Below are positions 51,473-62,454 of a stretch of 64,000 nt of DNA, one piece after another. A program made the translations under genes and the position numbers. The notes under the pieces are model-generated. The model saw only the letters and a list, made by a program, of their open reading frames with translations. It made no database searches and had not been told where the DNA came from. The stretch lies in contig CBDCNP010000002.1 in assembly GCA_965219415.1 (NCBI GenBank), positions 992,001 to 1,056,000 on the forward strand, written 5' to 3'. The DNA comes from Candidatus Marinacidobacterales bacterium. Its GTDB lineage: Bacteria > Acidobacteriota > Vicinamibacteria > Marinacidobacterales > DATDRI01. Every line of letters starts with the position of its first letter. The stretch's first letter is position 1.

Positions 51473-53075
51473 TGCGAAGGCGCTGTATTCAGTTCTATTC
51501 CTAGCAGTCGTACTGATTGCGATCGCATTTAGGGTCCCCTCTTTGAAGCGGCGCCCGATGCATACCGATGAAGCAGTACATGCCGTCAAGTTCGGCATGT
51601 TGTTGGAAGACGGTTTCTACCGGTATGACCGCACCGACTACCACGGTCCGACCCTGAACTATTTCACGTTCATTCCGGCGTGGCTTACGTCCGCCGAGCG
51701 GCTGACCGACGTCGACGAACAGATAGTACGGATCGTTCCCGTTGTCTTCGGTTTCGGACTCATACCCTTGTTTCTACTCCTACGTCAGGGCCTGGGTCGA
51801 GACGCGGCGGTCGCGGCAGCGTTCTTCACCGCCGTTTCTCCAGCGATGGTGTTCTATAGCCGGTACTACATCCAGGAAATGCTACTGGTCTTCTTCACGT
51901 TCGCGGTATTGGTTTCCGGCTACCGCTATCTAAGAAGCGGGCACGTTGGGTGGGCGGTCGCTACCGGAATCTCTCTCGGGTTGATGCATGCGACGAAAGA
52001 GACCGCGGTCATTGTGACGGGCGCCATGTTACTCGCTCTCCTGCTCACCCTGTTGACGAGCGGAGACGCGTCGGCGCCCCGTCAGGCGCCGTCCACAGGG
52101 ATCCTTCTTCGGCACGCCTCGATCATGCTTGCCGCGACGGTTTTGGTCTCGGCTCTCTTCTACTCCTCCTTCCTCACCAACTCGAACGGTATCGCGGATT
52201 CCTATTCCACATACGCCAGCTATGTCGACCGAGCTAGTCAGCATGAACGGCACATTCACCCTTGGTACTACTACGTTGGGATGCTCTTTTACTTCAAAGT
52301 GGCTTCCGGGCCGGTGTGGACCGAGGCAATGATCCCCTTATTTGCAGTCCTTGGAATGTTTGCGGCAGTGACGAAAAGAGGGGTACCCGGTGTTGACATC
52401 GCCCTGCTCCGCTTCATTTCCTTCTATGCAGTAATATCGCTCGTCGCCTATTCGGCGATTCCTTACAAAACTCCCTGGAATATACTGGTGGCGTTGCACG
52501 GTCTAATCCTTCTTGCGGGCGTCGGTGTGGCTACAGCATTCCGCTTGCCCTCACGACGGTTCGCGAGACTTGTGGTGGTCCTGTTGCTAGTCGCCGGTGG
52601 CGCCCACCTGGCCCGACAGTCCTACTTGTCCAACTATGAGTACTACGCCGACCCGGGAAATCCGTATGTCTACGCCCATCCCACCGAGGATGTCCTACGG
52701 ATTGCTAGGCGGATCCAAAGCGTGGCGGAATCTCACCCGGACGGAAGCAACATGATGATCGAAGTGATTACTCCGGAGCACGAGTACTGGCCCCTGCCGT
52801 GGTATTTGAGGTCCTATCCGAACACCGGATGGTGGAGTGAGGCTAGCATGGAGGTGCCGGCGGCACCGCTTATCATAGCGTCTGCGAGTGTCGAGCCGGA
52901 CGTCCTGACGAAACTCTATGAGCTCCCGCCAGCCGGTCAACGGCACCTTTATGTGCCGCTCTTCGAGTCCTATACTGAATTGCGTCCGACGGTAGAAGTC
53001 CGCGGGTACGTTATCAAAGAGCTCTGGGACAGATATCAGCGGAATCGGCCACCCCAATCGGAAGGGCTCAACTGA
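51444..53075 (+). CDS. TIGR03663/Agl23-like GT-C fold membrane protein
   Basis: HTDEAVHA, YRYD..YHGP, YSRYYI, TKET, HPWYYY, YKTPW, YWPLPWYLR; many TM helices; start codon uncertain. Confidence 0.8.
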   Translation: MGSTVFPPNNAKALYSVLFLAVVLIAIAFRVPSLKRRPMHTDEAVHAVKFGMLLEDGFYRYDRTDYHGPTLNYFTFIPAWLTSAERLTDVDEQIVRIVPVVFGFGLIPLFLLLRQGLGRDAAVAAAFFTAVSPAMVFYSRYYIQEMLLVFFTFAVLVSGYRYLRSGHVGWAVATGISLGLMHATKETAVIVTGAMLLALLLTLLTSGDASAPRQAPSTGILLRHASIMLAATVLVSALFYSSFLTNSNGIADSYSTYASYVDRASQHERHIHPWYYYVGMLFYFKVASGPVWTEAMIPLFAVLGMFAAVTKRGVPGVDIALLRFISFYAVISLVAYSAIPYKTPWNILVALHGLILLAGVGVATAFRLPSRRFARLVVVLLLVAGGAHLARQSYLSNYEYYADPGNPYVYAHPTEDVLRIARRIQSVAESHPDGSNMMIEVITPEHEYWPLPWYLRSYPNTGWWSEASMEVPAAPLIIASASVEPDVLTKLYELPPAGQRHLYVPLFESYTELRPTVEVRGYVIKELWDRYQRNRPPQSEGLN

Positions 53076-53971
53076 TGATGTCGGTGAAGCCGCAAAACGC
53101 CATGACGTTTTCCCATCCGGCGATGGCGACGGACTTCGAGATCGTGGTGATCCACGAGGACGCCCGCTATACGGAACAGTGTGTCTTCGAGGCGTTCCGT
53201 GAGCTCGACAAAGTCGAGCAGAACTTGAGCCGGTTCATCGCAAACAGTGATATCTCTCGCATCAACAGTTCCGGCGTGGACCAGCGGGTGCTTGTGGGGT
53301 TGGATGCGTTCGAATCCCTGGAACAATGTGCGCGTTTGAGCGAGGATACCAAGGGAGCGTTCGACGTCACGGTCGGCCCGCTGTTGGAGTACTGGAGTCG
53401 ACATGCCTCGCCGGGCGAAGAGCTCTCGCGCATTCACAAGAGGACCGGGACGCACCTTGTGCACTTGGACCGGGCGCAACACACAGTGACGTTGCGATCG
53501 GAAGGGATGAGCATCGACCTGGGGGGTTATGGAAAGGGATACGCCGTGGATCGCATGGCCGAGGTTTTGGAGGAATGGGAGATCGGTTGTGCGCTGATTC
53601 ACGGCGGACAAAGCTCGATCTTGGCCCTCGGTGGTCCGCCCGGGGAAGAGGGCTGGGAAGCAACGCTACGACATCCATCGAGCGACGCCCGTGGCATCGA
53701 ACGCGTATTGCTACAGCACCAGGCCATCAGCAGCTCCGGACTCCGCAAGGGGCGCCATATCATCGATCCACGAACGGCATATCCGGTGACCGAGACTCAG
53801 GCAGCGTGGGCGATGACTTCGACGGCCGCCGAGGGCGACGCCCTCTCGACGGCGTTCATGATCATGTCCCCAGAAGAGATTCATCACTATTGTGAGAACC
53901 ATCGCGATAGAAAGGCCATAGTCATTCGCAAAGAAGCTCTGGATGCAGAGAATGTACTTCGGTTTGGTTAA
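53075..53971 (+). CDS. apbE: FAD:protein FMN transferase
   Basis: AMAT, GAFDVT, DLGGYGKGYAVD, SSSG, HIIDPRT, DALSTA; no lipoprotein signal. Confidence 0.92.
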   Translation: MMSVKPQNAMTFSHPAMATDFEIVVIHEDARYTEQCVFEAFRELDKVEQNLSRFIANSDISRINSSGVDQRVLVGLDAFESLEQCARLSEDTKGAFDVTVGPLLEYWSRHASPGEELSRIHKRTGTHLVHLDRAQHTVTLRSEGMSIDLGGYGKGYAVDRMAEVLEEWEIGCALIHGGQSSILALGGPPGEEGWEATLRHPSSDARGIERVLLQHQAISSSGLRKGRHIIDPRTAYPVTETQAAWAMTSTAAEGDALSTAFMIMSPEEIHHYCENHRDRKAIVIRKEALDAENVLRFG

Positions 53972-54265
53972 CTCAAATGAAATCACCGGGAATATTGCCG
54001 TCGCCACCGCGAAAACCGGCAACGATATCTACGGGGAGAAGCCATTTTCACACAGCCTGTTGGAAGGCCGTGCCATGCGCGATGCCATCGAACGGTGTGA
54101 CCGTATCTGACCCACCCTCCGACCACCAAGCAGCAAAACGATCACCACTTTTCTCGCCCTCGCGCTTCCTGCCTCAACTGAAGAGCCTTTTTCGGTTTCC
54201 TTTCTTTTGTCATGAGCGCAGCGGGCGGTTTTCTTAGACCATTTTTTCGAACCGGGAGAAATCGG

Positions 54266-55630
54266 ATGTGGAGGACCTTGAACCGACTGGCGCTATTGTT
54301 GTCTTTTCTTTTCGTGAACGGAGTCGGTGCGGGCGGCCTCGGAGCGTCGTCCTACTACTACAGTCAGTCAGTGCCCTCCCCGACTTTTCTCTCGTACACT
54401 TCGGGCGTTCCAGCAGAACAGACGACTCCCCTCCTAGGGCGAACAGAGCTGGAGCTTGACGAGCTTCGTCGAGAAGTTCTGCGGCGAAGCCCGACTTTGG
54501 CAGCGATGGAAAGTGCCTGCCGGGCTGCGAGTTCCCGCTACCCGCAAGTGACCGCGCTCGATGATCCCGTGTTCTCTTATGGCCTTGCTCCCGCCACCAT
54601 CGGAGTGAACCATCTTGACCTCGAGCAACGGTTTGAGCTATCGCAGACCTTTCCCTGGCCTGGAAAGCTCGACCTACAGGGCGAGGCGGCGCAAAGCGAG
54701 GCACAGGCCGTCAGTCACGATACCGAGGCCGCGCGCCTACAGCTAATCCAAGCAACCGAGCAGGCATTCTACGAATACTACTTCGTTCACCGTGCCATCG
54801 ACATCAACGGCGCTAACCAGGAGTTGCTCCTAGAGCTCAAGCGCATTACACAAATGCGCTATGGGGCGGGGCTGGTCCCGAAGCAGGACGCCCTCCAAGC
54901 AGAAGTTGAGCACCAGAACCTTATCCATCACGGGATTGTCTTGGAGCGGAGGCGTGCCGTCACCGCGGCGCGATTAAATACCTTGCTTAACGTCCCTCCG
55001 CAGACCTTCCTTCCGCCACCCCCCAACATACTCGCGGGCGTCGTTCCTCTCTCGTCCCGTGAGTCCTTGTACGCAGCCGCACTAAGAAACCGGCCGGAAC
55101 TTCATGCCCTGACGGCAAGAGTCCAGGCGCGTACCGCGGCCATCGAGCTGACCCGGCGTGAGTACTACCCTAACCTGACCATCTCAGGAGGCTACAACAG
55201 CTTCTGGCAGGAGGAAAAACTGCGGCCGTTTGTCGGAGTAGGCATCAACGTTCCCCTCCAGTTGGACCGTCGAAAGGCTGCTCTCAGTGAGGCTCGGGCC
55301 AGGGAGCAGCAGACAAAGTCCCGCCATGAAGTCCAGCGGGCCGAGATCCTATTTGAAGTAAGCAGTGCCATTGACGAGGTTCGGGAGAGTGCACATGTGG
55401 TACGCCTCTACGCTTCCTCCATCGTGCCGGCGGCTGAGGATAATCTCGCGGCGGCGCAATCGGGCTACGAAACCAGCACTAATGATTTTTTAACTCTGAT
55501 CACGGCAGAGAAAACGCTCATGCTCGCTAGGCTTAGCTACCACCAGGCCCTTGCCGAGTACCATAAAGGCCTAGCCCACCTCAAGGGAGCCGTGGGGCTC
55601 GCCCTGAATGCCGTGGAGGATTTGCCATGA
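54266..55630 (+). CDS. TolC-family outer-membrane efflux protein (CusC-like)
   Basis: SQTFPWPGK, YYPNLT, OEP helical repeats; first gene of the cus operon. Confidence 0.88.
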   Translation: MWRTLNRLALLLSFLFVNGVGAGGLGASSYYYSQSVPSPTFLSYTSGVPAEQTTPLLGRTELELDELRREVLRRSPTLAAMESACRAASSRYPQVTALDDPVFSYGLAPATIGVNHLDLEQRFELSQTFPWPGKLDLQGEAAQSEAQAVSHDTEAARLQLIQATEQAFYEYYFVHRAIDINGANQELLLELKRITQMRYGAGLVPKQDALQAEVEHQNLIHHGIVLERRRAVTAARLNTLLNVPPQTFLPPPPNILAGVVPLSSRESLYAAALRNRPELHALTARVQARTAAIELTRREYYPNLTISGGYNSFWQEEKLRPFVGVGINVPLQLDRRKAALSEARAREQQTKSRHEVQRAEILFEVSSAIDEVRESAHVVRLYASSIVPAAEDNLAAAQSGYETSTNDFLTLITAEKTLMLARLSYHQALAEYHKGLAHLKGAVGLALNAVEDLP

Positions 55631-57006
55631 AAGAGATACGAGGTCGTACGGTTGCCCTCGGTGCTGCTGCTCTGCTCGTTCTTGGTGCCGGGTGGCTCTG
55701 GCGCGCGGAGCTTGGCCGCTGGTTGGGCTTGACCGGTACGGGATCCCTCGAGGCCGACCGCACGAACACTGGCGATGTGGACGGTGTGGACGGCATTGAA
55801 TACACGTGTTCGATGCACCCGTCCGTTCGCTTGCGCGAACCCGGTGTTTGTCCGATCTGCTCCATGGATTTCGTCCCGGTTATACAGGAGCACGCCCACA
55901 CCCTGGACACTGGTGTCCCAGAGGGCATCGAGTACTACAGCTGTTCGATGCACCCGTCCGTTCGCTCGACCGACCCCGGTACTTGCCCGATCTGCTCCAT
56001 GGATCTCGTCCCGGTTACGCGTGAGGAGGTCGAGACTGGGACGGTCGTGGTCGATGTCGGGCGGCGGCAGTTGATCGGCGTGAAGACCGCTCCGGTTGTA
56101 CGGAGAGATCTTGTCCTGGACATTCGCGCTGTCGGGTCGGTCACCTACGCCGAGAACCGCCTCACCGATATCACGCTAAGGTTTAGTGGCTGGGTAGGTA
56201 AGGTCCTGGCCGACTACACGGGTATCATGGTCCAAAAGGATCATCCCCTCTTTACAATTTACAGTCCCGAGCTGCTGTCGGCGCAAGAAGAGTTTCTGGA
56301 GGAGAGCAGGCGGAGAGATCAGGGGAGGGATCATACCTTGCGTGAGGCTGCCCGTCGCCGCCTACGGCTGTGGAACTTCACCGATCGCCAGATCGCCGAG
56401 CTCGAGGAAAGGGGGGAAGCGGCTGAATATGTTCCTATTCTTTCGCCCGTCAACGGAACGGTTATCGAAAAGCATGTGGTTGATGGAAGCGCCGTCGAGC
56501 CGGGAATGCTGCTCTATCGGATCGCCGATCTCTCCACCGTTTGGGTCGCAGCCGACATTTACGAGGCCGACATTCCCCTGGTCCGAGTTGGTCAAGCAGC
56601 GCACATAAGTCTGTCGTACCTTCCGGGGGAAACGTTTTCGGGCAGAGTCTCTTACGTCTACCCCTACCTCGAAGAGGCGAGCCGCACCGCGAGGATTCGT
56701 ATAGAGGTCCCTAACTCCTCCGGCGCGCTGAAGCCCGACATGTACGTCAATGTGGAGCTGCAGATCCCGCAGGGGGAACATCTCATGGTGCCCGAAGGGG
56801 CCGTGCTCATGTCCGGGAAGACAAATCTGGTCTTTATCGACCGGGGCGAAGGACGCCTGCAACCGCAAAAAGTCACGCTCGGAAGAAAAGGTTCGGACGG
56901 GTTCGTGGTCCTCGACGGCTTGCGTGAGGGGGACATCGTGGTGACCTCGGGAAACTTCCTCATTGCGGCCGAGAGCAAGCTCAAGGCAGGGATTGACAAA
57001 TGGTAA
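55627..57006 (+). CDS. cusB: Heavy-metal RND periplasmic adaptor with two heavy-metal-binding domains
   Basis: YxCSMHP..PGxCPICSMD x2; YSPELLSAQEE; LKPDMY. Confidence 0.9.
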   Translation: MKEIRGRTVALGAAALLVLGAGWLWRAELGRWLGLTGTGSLEADRTNTGDVDGVDGIEYTCSMHPSVRLREPGVCPICSMDFVPVIQEHAHTLDTGVPEGIEYYSCSMHPSVRSTDPGTCPICSMDLVPVTREEVETGTVVVDVGRRQLIGVKTAPVVRRDLVLDIRAVGSVTYAENRLTDITLRFSGWVGKVLADYTGIMVQKDHPLFTIYSPELLSAQEEFLEESRRRDQGRDHTLREAARRRLRLWNFTDRQIAELEERGEAAEYVPILSPVNGTVIEKHVVDGSAVEPGMLLYRIADLSTVWVAADIYEADIPLVRVGQAAHISLSYLPGETFSGRVSYVYPYLEEASRTARIRIEVPNSSGALKPDMYVNVELQIPQGEHLMVPEGAVLMSGKTNLVFIDRGEGRLQPQKVTLGRKGSDGFVVLDGLREGDIVVTSGNFLIAAESKLKAGIDKW

Positions 57007-60000
57007 GCGATGCCTCTGCGCAAGGGGGTGCTATTCAGCGGCTCATCGGCGCCTCGGCGAAGAATCCGTTTCTGACGATTCTCCTAGTTGCCGTCCTGGG
57101 GCTCTGGGGTTATTACTCGCTCCGCCAGATCCCCCTCGATGCCATTCCCGATCTTTCCGACCCCCAGGTCATCGTCTTCACCGAATGGCCGGGGCGCAGC
57201 CCCGACCTCGTCGAGGATCAAATCACCTATCCTCTCTCAACGACCCTACTGGCGGCTCCGCGCGTCAAGTTCGTCCGCGGCCAATCGTTTATGGGTCTCT
57301 CCTTCATTTTCGTCATCTTCGAGGACGGTACGGATATCTATTGGGCGCGATCACGCGTACTCGAATACTTGAACAGCGCGCAGGGGAGGCTACCCGAGGG
57401 CGTCGCGCCGATCTTGGGCCCAGACGCGACCGGGGTGGGGTGGGTTTTCCAATACGCCCTAGTCGACAAGTCCGGCGGGAACGACCTCTCTGATCTGCGC
57501 ACCCTACAAGACTGGTACGTCCGCTATTGGCTGGAGAGCGTAGAGGGCGTGGCCGAGGTCGCCACGGTGGGCGGTTTCGTCAAGCAGTATCAGGTAAACC
57601 TCGACCCCAACAAGCTCCTTGCCTTCGGGGTTTCCGTAAATCAGGTCGTACGGGCCGTGCGCCGCTCAAACAATGATGTAGGGGGGCGGGTGCTAGAAAT
57701 CGCGGGGCACGAGCACTTCATCCGCGGACGCGGCTACATCCAGTCAAAGGAGGATCTGGAGAACATTCCGCTTCGAGTCAGCGGCCGTGGGGTGCCCGTC
57801 CTGCTGAGGGAGGTAGCGACGGTACAGCTTGGCCCGGACATGCGGCGGGGTCTAGCTGAGCTTAACGGTGAAGGAGAAACCGTCGGGGGTATCGTCGTGA
57901 TGCGCTACGGCGAGAATGCGCTCAAGGTCATAAATGCTGTCAAGGAGCGAATCGGCGAAATTGAACATTCGCTGCCTAGAGACGTGGAGCTTGTTATCAC
58001 CTACGATCGCTCCGAGTTTATTCTGCGGGCCATCGACACGCTTCGCAATACTCTGATCGAGGAGATGATCGTAGTGAGCCTGGTTATCTCAGTCTTTCTC
58101 CTCCATGCCCGCTCAGCGCTCGTCCCCATCATCCACCTTGCCGGTGGCTGTGCTCCTGGCTTTTATCCCGATGTTCGGGCAGAACCTCACCGCCAACATC
58201 ATGTCCCTAGGCGGCATCGCCGTGGCCATCGGCGCAATGGTCGATGCCTCCATCATCATCATCGAGAACATCCACTGTAAACTTGAAGTGTGGGAAAAGG
58301 GCGGGCGCCAGGGTGGGCGTACGGAGGTGGTGATTGGCGCCATGCAGGAGGTCGGGCCTAGCATCTTTTTTTCGCTCTTGGTTATCACGGTTTCTTTCCT
58401 ACCGGTCTTCACGTTGCAGGTAACCGAGGGTCGGCTCTTTAGTCCGCTGGCTTTCACCAAGACCTACTCCATAGGTTTTGCCGCCCTGCTGGCGGTGACA
58501 TTGACGCCGGCGCTCGCGGTGCTTTTTATCCGCGGCCGCATCCGTGGCGAGGAAGCCAACCCGCTCAACCGCTGGCTCATCCTCGCTTACACGCCGGTGG
58601 TGCGCTGGGTGGTCCGACACCGATTCCTCGTCATTGCCGTTGCGATTCTCGCGATGGTGGTGACGGTTCCCGTCTTTTTCCGCCTCGGCAGCGAGTTCAT
58701 GCCCCCGCTGAACGAAGGGACCATCCTTTACATGCCGACGGCGCTTCCCGGCATGTCCATCACCGAGGCCTCCTCGGTTCTGCAATCCATGAACCGCGAG
58801 CTGCGGAAGTTCCCCGAGGTCCAATCGGTGTTCGGCAAAATCGGACGAGCCCGCACGGCAACCGATCCCGCGCCTCTGTCAATGGTCGAAACCGTGATTG
58901 TGTTCAAACCCGAATCGGAGTGGCGGCCGGGAATGACCTGGGACGGTATCATCGCCGAGATGGACCAGACACTGCGCTACCCCGGCATGCCCAACATTTG
59001 GTGGATGCCCATACAGACACGCACCGAGATGCTTTCCACTGGTATTCGCAGCGCACTCGGTATCAAGGTATTCGGACCTGACCTCGAGACGATTGAGGAG
59101 GTCGGGGTCCAGATCGAGCGCGCCCTCCAGGAAGATCCGCGAACGAAACCTCATACCCGCAGCGCCTTTGCCGAGCGGGTGACAGGCGGTTACTTCATCG
59201 ACTTCCATATCAACCGTCCGGAAGCCGCACGCCACGGCCTGACCGTGGAGGATGTGGAAGACGTTATTATGTTGGCCATCGGCGGCACCAACATCGACGA
59301 AACCATTGAGGGCCGTGAGCGCTATCCCATCAACGTTCGCTACGCACGCGAGTTTCGTGAGGATCTCGAGACGCTCCAGCGGATCCTGATCTCGACCCCC
59401 ACGGGCGCTCGGATTCCTATTAGCCAGGTGGCAGACCTGGAGCGGACGACTGGCCCGCCGATGATTCGTAGCGAAGACGGCCAGCTTGCCGGTTTTGTCT
59501 TCGTGGATGTCGCGGGCCGTGGCATTGCCGATTACGTGACCGACGCGAAAGCGGTCGTGGCCGAGCGGATCACTTTGCCCGCCGGATACCGCCTCGAGTG
59601 GGCAGGACAGTTCCAATACTTCGAGCGGGCCAAGGCCCGGCTCAAAATTGTCCTGCCATTAACGCTCCTCATTGTCGGCTTCCTGCTCTATATGAACACG
59701 AAGTCAGTGATCGAAATGGGTATCGTGTTGCTGGCCGTGCCGCTTTCACTCATCGGCGCCGTGTGGCTCCTGTTCCTCCTCGACTATAACCTCAGTGTGG
59801 CCGTCTGGATGGGCATGATTGCATTAGGAGGACTGGATGCCGAGACAGGTATCGTGATGCTGCTCTACTTAAAGCTCGCTCACGAGAAGCGGCAGATAGA
59901 GGGCCGCTTGCGCACGAAAGCGGATCTCGAAGAGGCCATCGTCGAGGGGGCAGCTAGGCGCATTCGGCCAAAACTCATGACCGTGCTCACAACGTTCACG

Positions 60001-60159
60001 GGCCTTCTCCCACTGATGTGGAGCACCGGCACCGGCGCGGATGTAATGAGCCGCATCGCCGCGCCCATGGTCGGTGGGCTCATCAGTTCCTTTCTCTTAG
60101 AGCTCACGGTCTATCCCGCTGTCTTTGCGGTTTGGAAAGGGCGTTCGGTGACGAAATAG
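57000..60159 (+). pseudogene. cusA: CusA/SilA heavy-metal RND permease, +1 frameshift near 58133
   Basis: LDAIPDLSD, GPDATGVG, NIMSLGGIA, EFMPPLNEG, RPKLMT; extra C in ATC ATC C ACC TTG. Confidence 0.9.
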
Positions 60160-60207
60160 AGTGCACCGAGACGACGTAAGCCGCGTTTGGGGTAAAAGGA
60201 CAACACC

Positions 60208-61041
60208 ATGAGGACGTCCCTAGAAATCGTACTGGTTTTCTCGATATTCGCGCTCCTATCCAGTTGCGCAGGGCTGGGTCAGAATGAAGCAGATGAGAGC
60301 CGTTTTGAACCCTTTCCTCTTGTCCAGACTGGCCACACCGTTATCGAACCTCCCAAAGCGGTTCATGCGTTCTACAAGAAATACATCAACGCCGATGGCA
60401 TTCTCATTGTCGGTTCCGAAAACGTAACCGATGCCGCTTTGCTCGCCGCCCGGAGCACCATCCTCCGTTTGACCAGCAAGTGCCCCGATGTTCACAAGGC
60501 GATTGTTGCGAATAACGCGAGAATCTCGATCATGGGGTTTTCTGAAACCGCATCCGATCTTCCCGAGTTTGGCCCGGGGAGCGACGGTGAGTGGGGTCTA
60601 GGACAGATGCCCGGAGACCCTACATCGCTCGTTTCTGAAAAGGGTATTAGCTACGAGGGGAACACGGAGTATATTGCCAATTTTCTCCTGCACGAGTTTG
60701 TGCACGTCGTTCACAATCTCGGCATGCCGGCAACCGACCCGGAGATCGTGGACGAAATCTACGCGGCATATCTAGACGCGGTTGAAGAGGGGCGTTTCAT
60801 GAAACCGCCGAACGCCCCCCCGGAAGACGCAAACGCTCTTGACGAATATAGGGATGACGAGTATTTCACTCACAGCGTGAACGCGTACTATGACTTGAAC
60901 GAATCACTGCCCGGGCCGTGGGTGGACATCGAAATAGGTGACTGGGGCCAACGTTCCGGCACACGCGAGGAATTGATGGCGAACGACTCAGTGATCTACG
61001 GCATTATCGAGCAGTTTTTCCCAGACTCCCTAGAAGACTAG
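60208..61041 (+). CDS. Lipoprotein with HExxH zincin motif
   Basis: Lipobox LSSC; LHEFVHVVH...DEYF...TREEL. Confidence 0.78.
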   Translation: MRTSLEIVLVFSIFALLSSCAGLGQNEADESRFEPFPLVQTGHTVIEPPKAVHAFYKKYINADGILIVGSENVTDAALLAARSTILRLTSKCPDVHKAIVANNARISIMGFSETASDLPEFGPGSDGEWGLGQMPGDPTSLVSEKGISYEGNTEYIANFLLHEFVHVVHNLGMPATDPEIVDEIYAAYLDAVEEGRFMKPPNAPPEDANALDEYRDDEYFTHSVNAYYDLNESLPGPWVDIEIGDWGQRSGTREELMANDSVIYGIIEQFFPDSLED

Positions 61042-61049
61042 CAGGACTC

Positions 61050-62347
61050 TTAGCGGCTCTCGCCCGTCCATTCCTGGACGCTCGAGATGTCCGGCACTCC
61101 CCACTCGGCGCCGCTCCATCCGTTGAATCCATCCATACGAAAGGCCCAGAACCCCGTTGTCATATCACTGATGACGATCAGTCCGTCGGCGTTGCGGATG
61201 TCGACTCCGAAGGCTCCGTTGTCGGTGGGATAGACCCTCTTCTCCGTGTTCAAGGGGCCCACGTAGGTGTCGTAGCAGGCGACCGTCAGAGGTAGCCGGA
61301 AACGACAACATATGGCCAGCGGATCTCGTGGTTGTGGACAAGATGGCGCCAGTCGGCGGTCCAGGCCGAGATCGGTACCGAGATGTTCTGCACGTCGCCT
61401 TCGAGCCCCGGCTGCAGATCGAAGATGCGCAGCGGTGCATACCGGTACTCGGTCTCAGCGACCACATAACGACCGTCAGGCGTGGCGGTAAAAGTGTGGC
61501 CGTCCTTGACGCCCTCGATCCCGGTGAGTGCGACGATTAGCTCCGGGTTTTGTGGGTCACTGATGTTGTAGACGTAGTACCCGCCGCTTCCCGCGCCGTA
61601 GAAACGGTCCTCGCCGCTATTGATGTCGTAAGCAACGTACATGTCGTGATAGCTACTCCATGCGTTCGTCCTCGGCCTCGCCGGGACGGTACCGACCAGA
61701 GCCTTGCTCGGCTGGTTCTCGACGACATGCCCGAGGTCGTAGACGTTGACGTCGGCTCCCTCGGTGGTAGCGAACAACAGGACTTTGCCGTTGGCATGCG
61801 CGTAAATGAAGATGTTGTGAAAGCCGCTTGGCTGCTCCGGCGCCTGTATGCGCGCCACCTCTCGCACCGTGGCCGGATCCGGTAGGCCGGTGATGTCGAG
61901 GACGACCGCTCCGAGCGCATTGTTCGGGCCGCCTTGGTCGAACTGCAAGGACTGGACCAGGTAGTAGCGGTTGTTCCATTTGAAGTACTTGACGTCCATG
62001 CCGCCGGTACCCAGGTGCAGGTCTTGATTCTCGATGCGCCAGCGGTAGATCACCCGGGGGTTTTCCAGGTCCTCGATGCTGATGATGTCGGTGCCCTTTT
62101 CCCCCTCGCTGCCGTAGACCATACGCGCCACGTAGACGAACGGTCGATGCATCTCCTGTTCGATCTCGATGTCGGAAACGCTCAACCGCGGCCCCAGCGG
62201 CAGATGCGCTACGACCTCGATGTTGTCGCTACCGGGCTCGTGCGCCGTCCACGTTTGAGTGGTCGCGTCCGAACCGTTCGGCTGTGTCACGGCCAGCAAG
62301 AAGGAGCAACAAGCTATCCATAGGAAGCGGCGATCCGTCATCTGCAC
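61050..62347 (-). pseudogene. Secreted LVIVD-repeat protein with an internal deletion near 61288
   Basis: GFHNIF, YHDMYV, GHTF, VHNHEIRWP; after SGYL the frame breaks and resumes at TVACYDTY...GAFGVD. Confidence 0.8.
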
Positions 62348-62454
62348 CTCTCGACGTACACTCTATTCAAATCAGCCAAGCGAGTCCATCGAGGACGCCG
62401 CAGCGAGCCTTGACTCCAGCAGGGCCGGCTGGCAGCATACGCGCCGGAGGACCC

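Noticed and set aside
53977-54237. Small His/Cys ORF upstream of the cus operon
   Set aside because: No clear RBS or recognisable motif; cannot be supported
58120-58145. Programmed frameshift in cusA (also TauD and GMC)
   Set aside because: No slippery heptamer or stimulatory structure seen; simple indel or sequencing error is more likely
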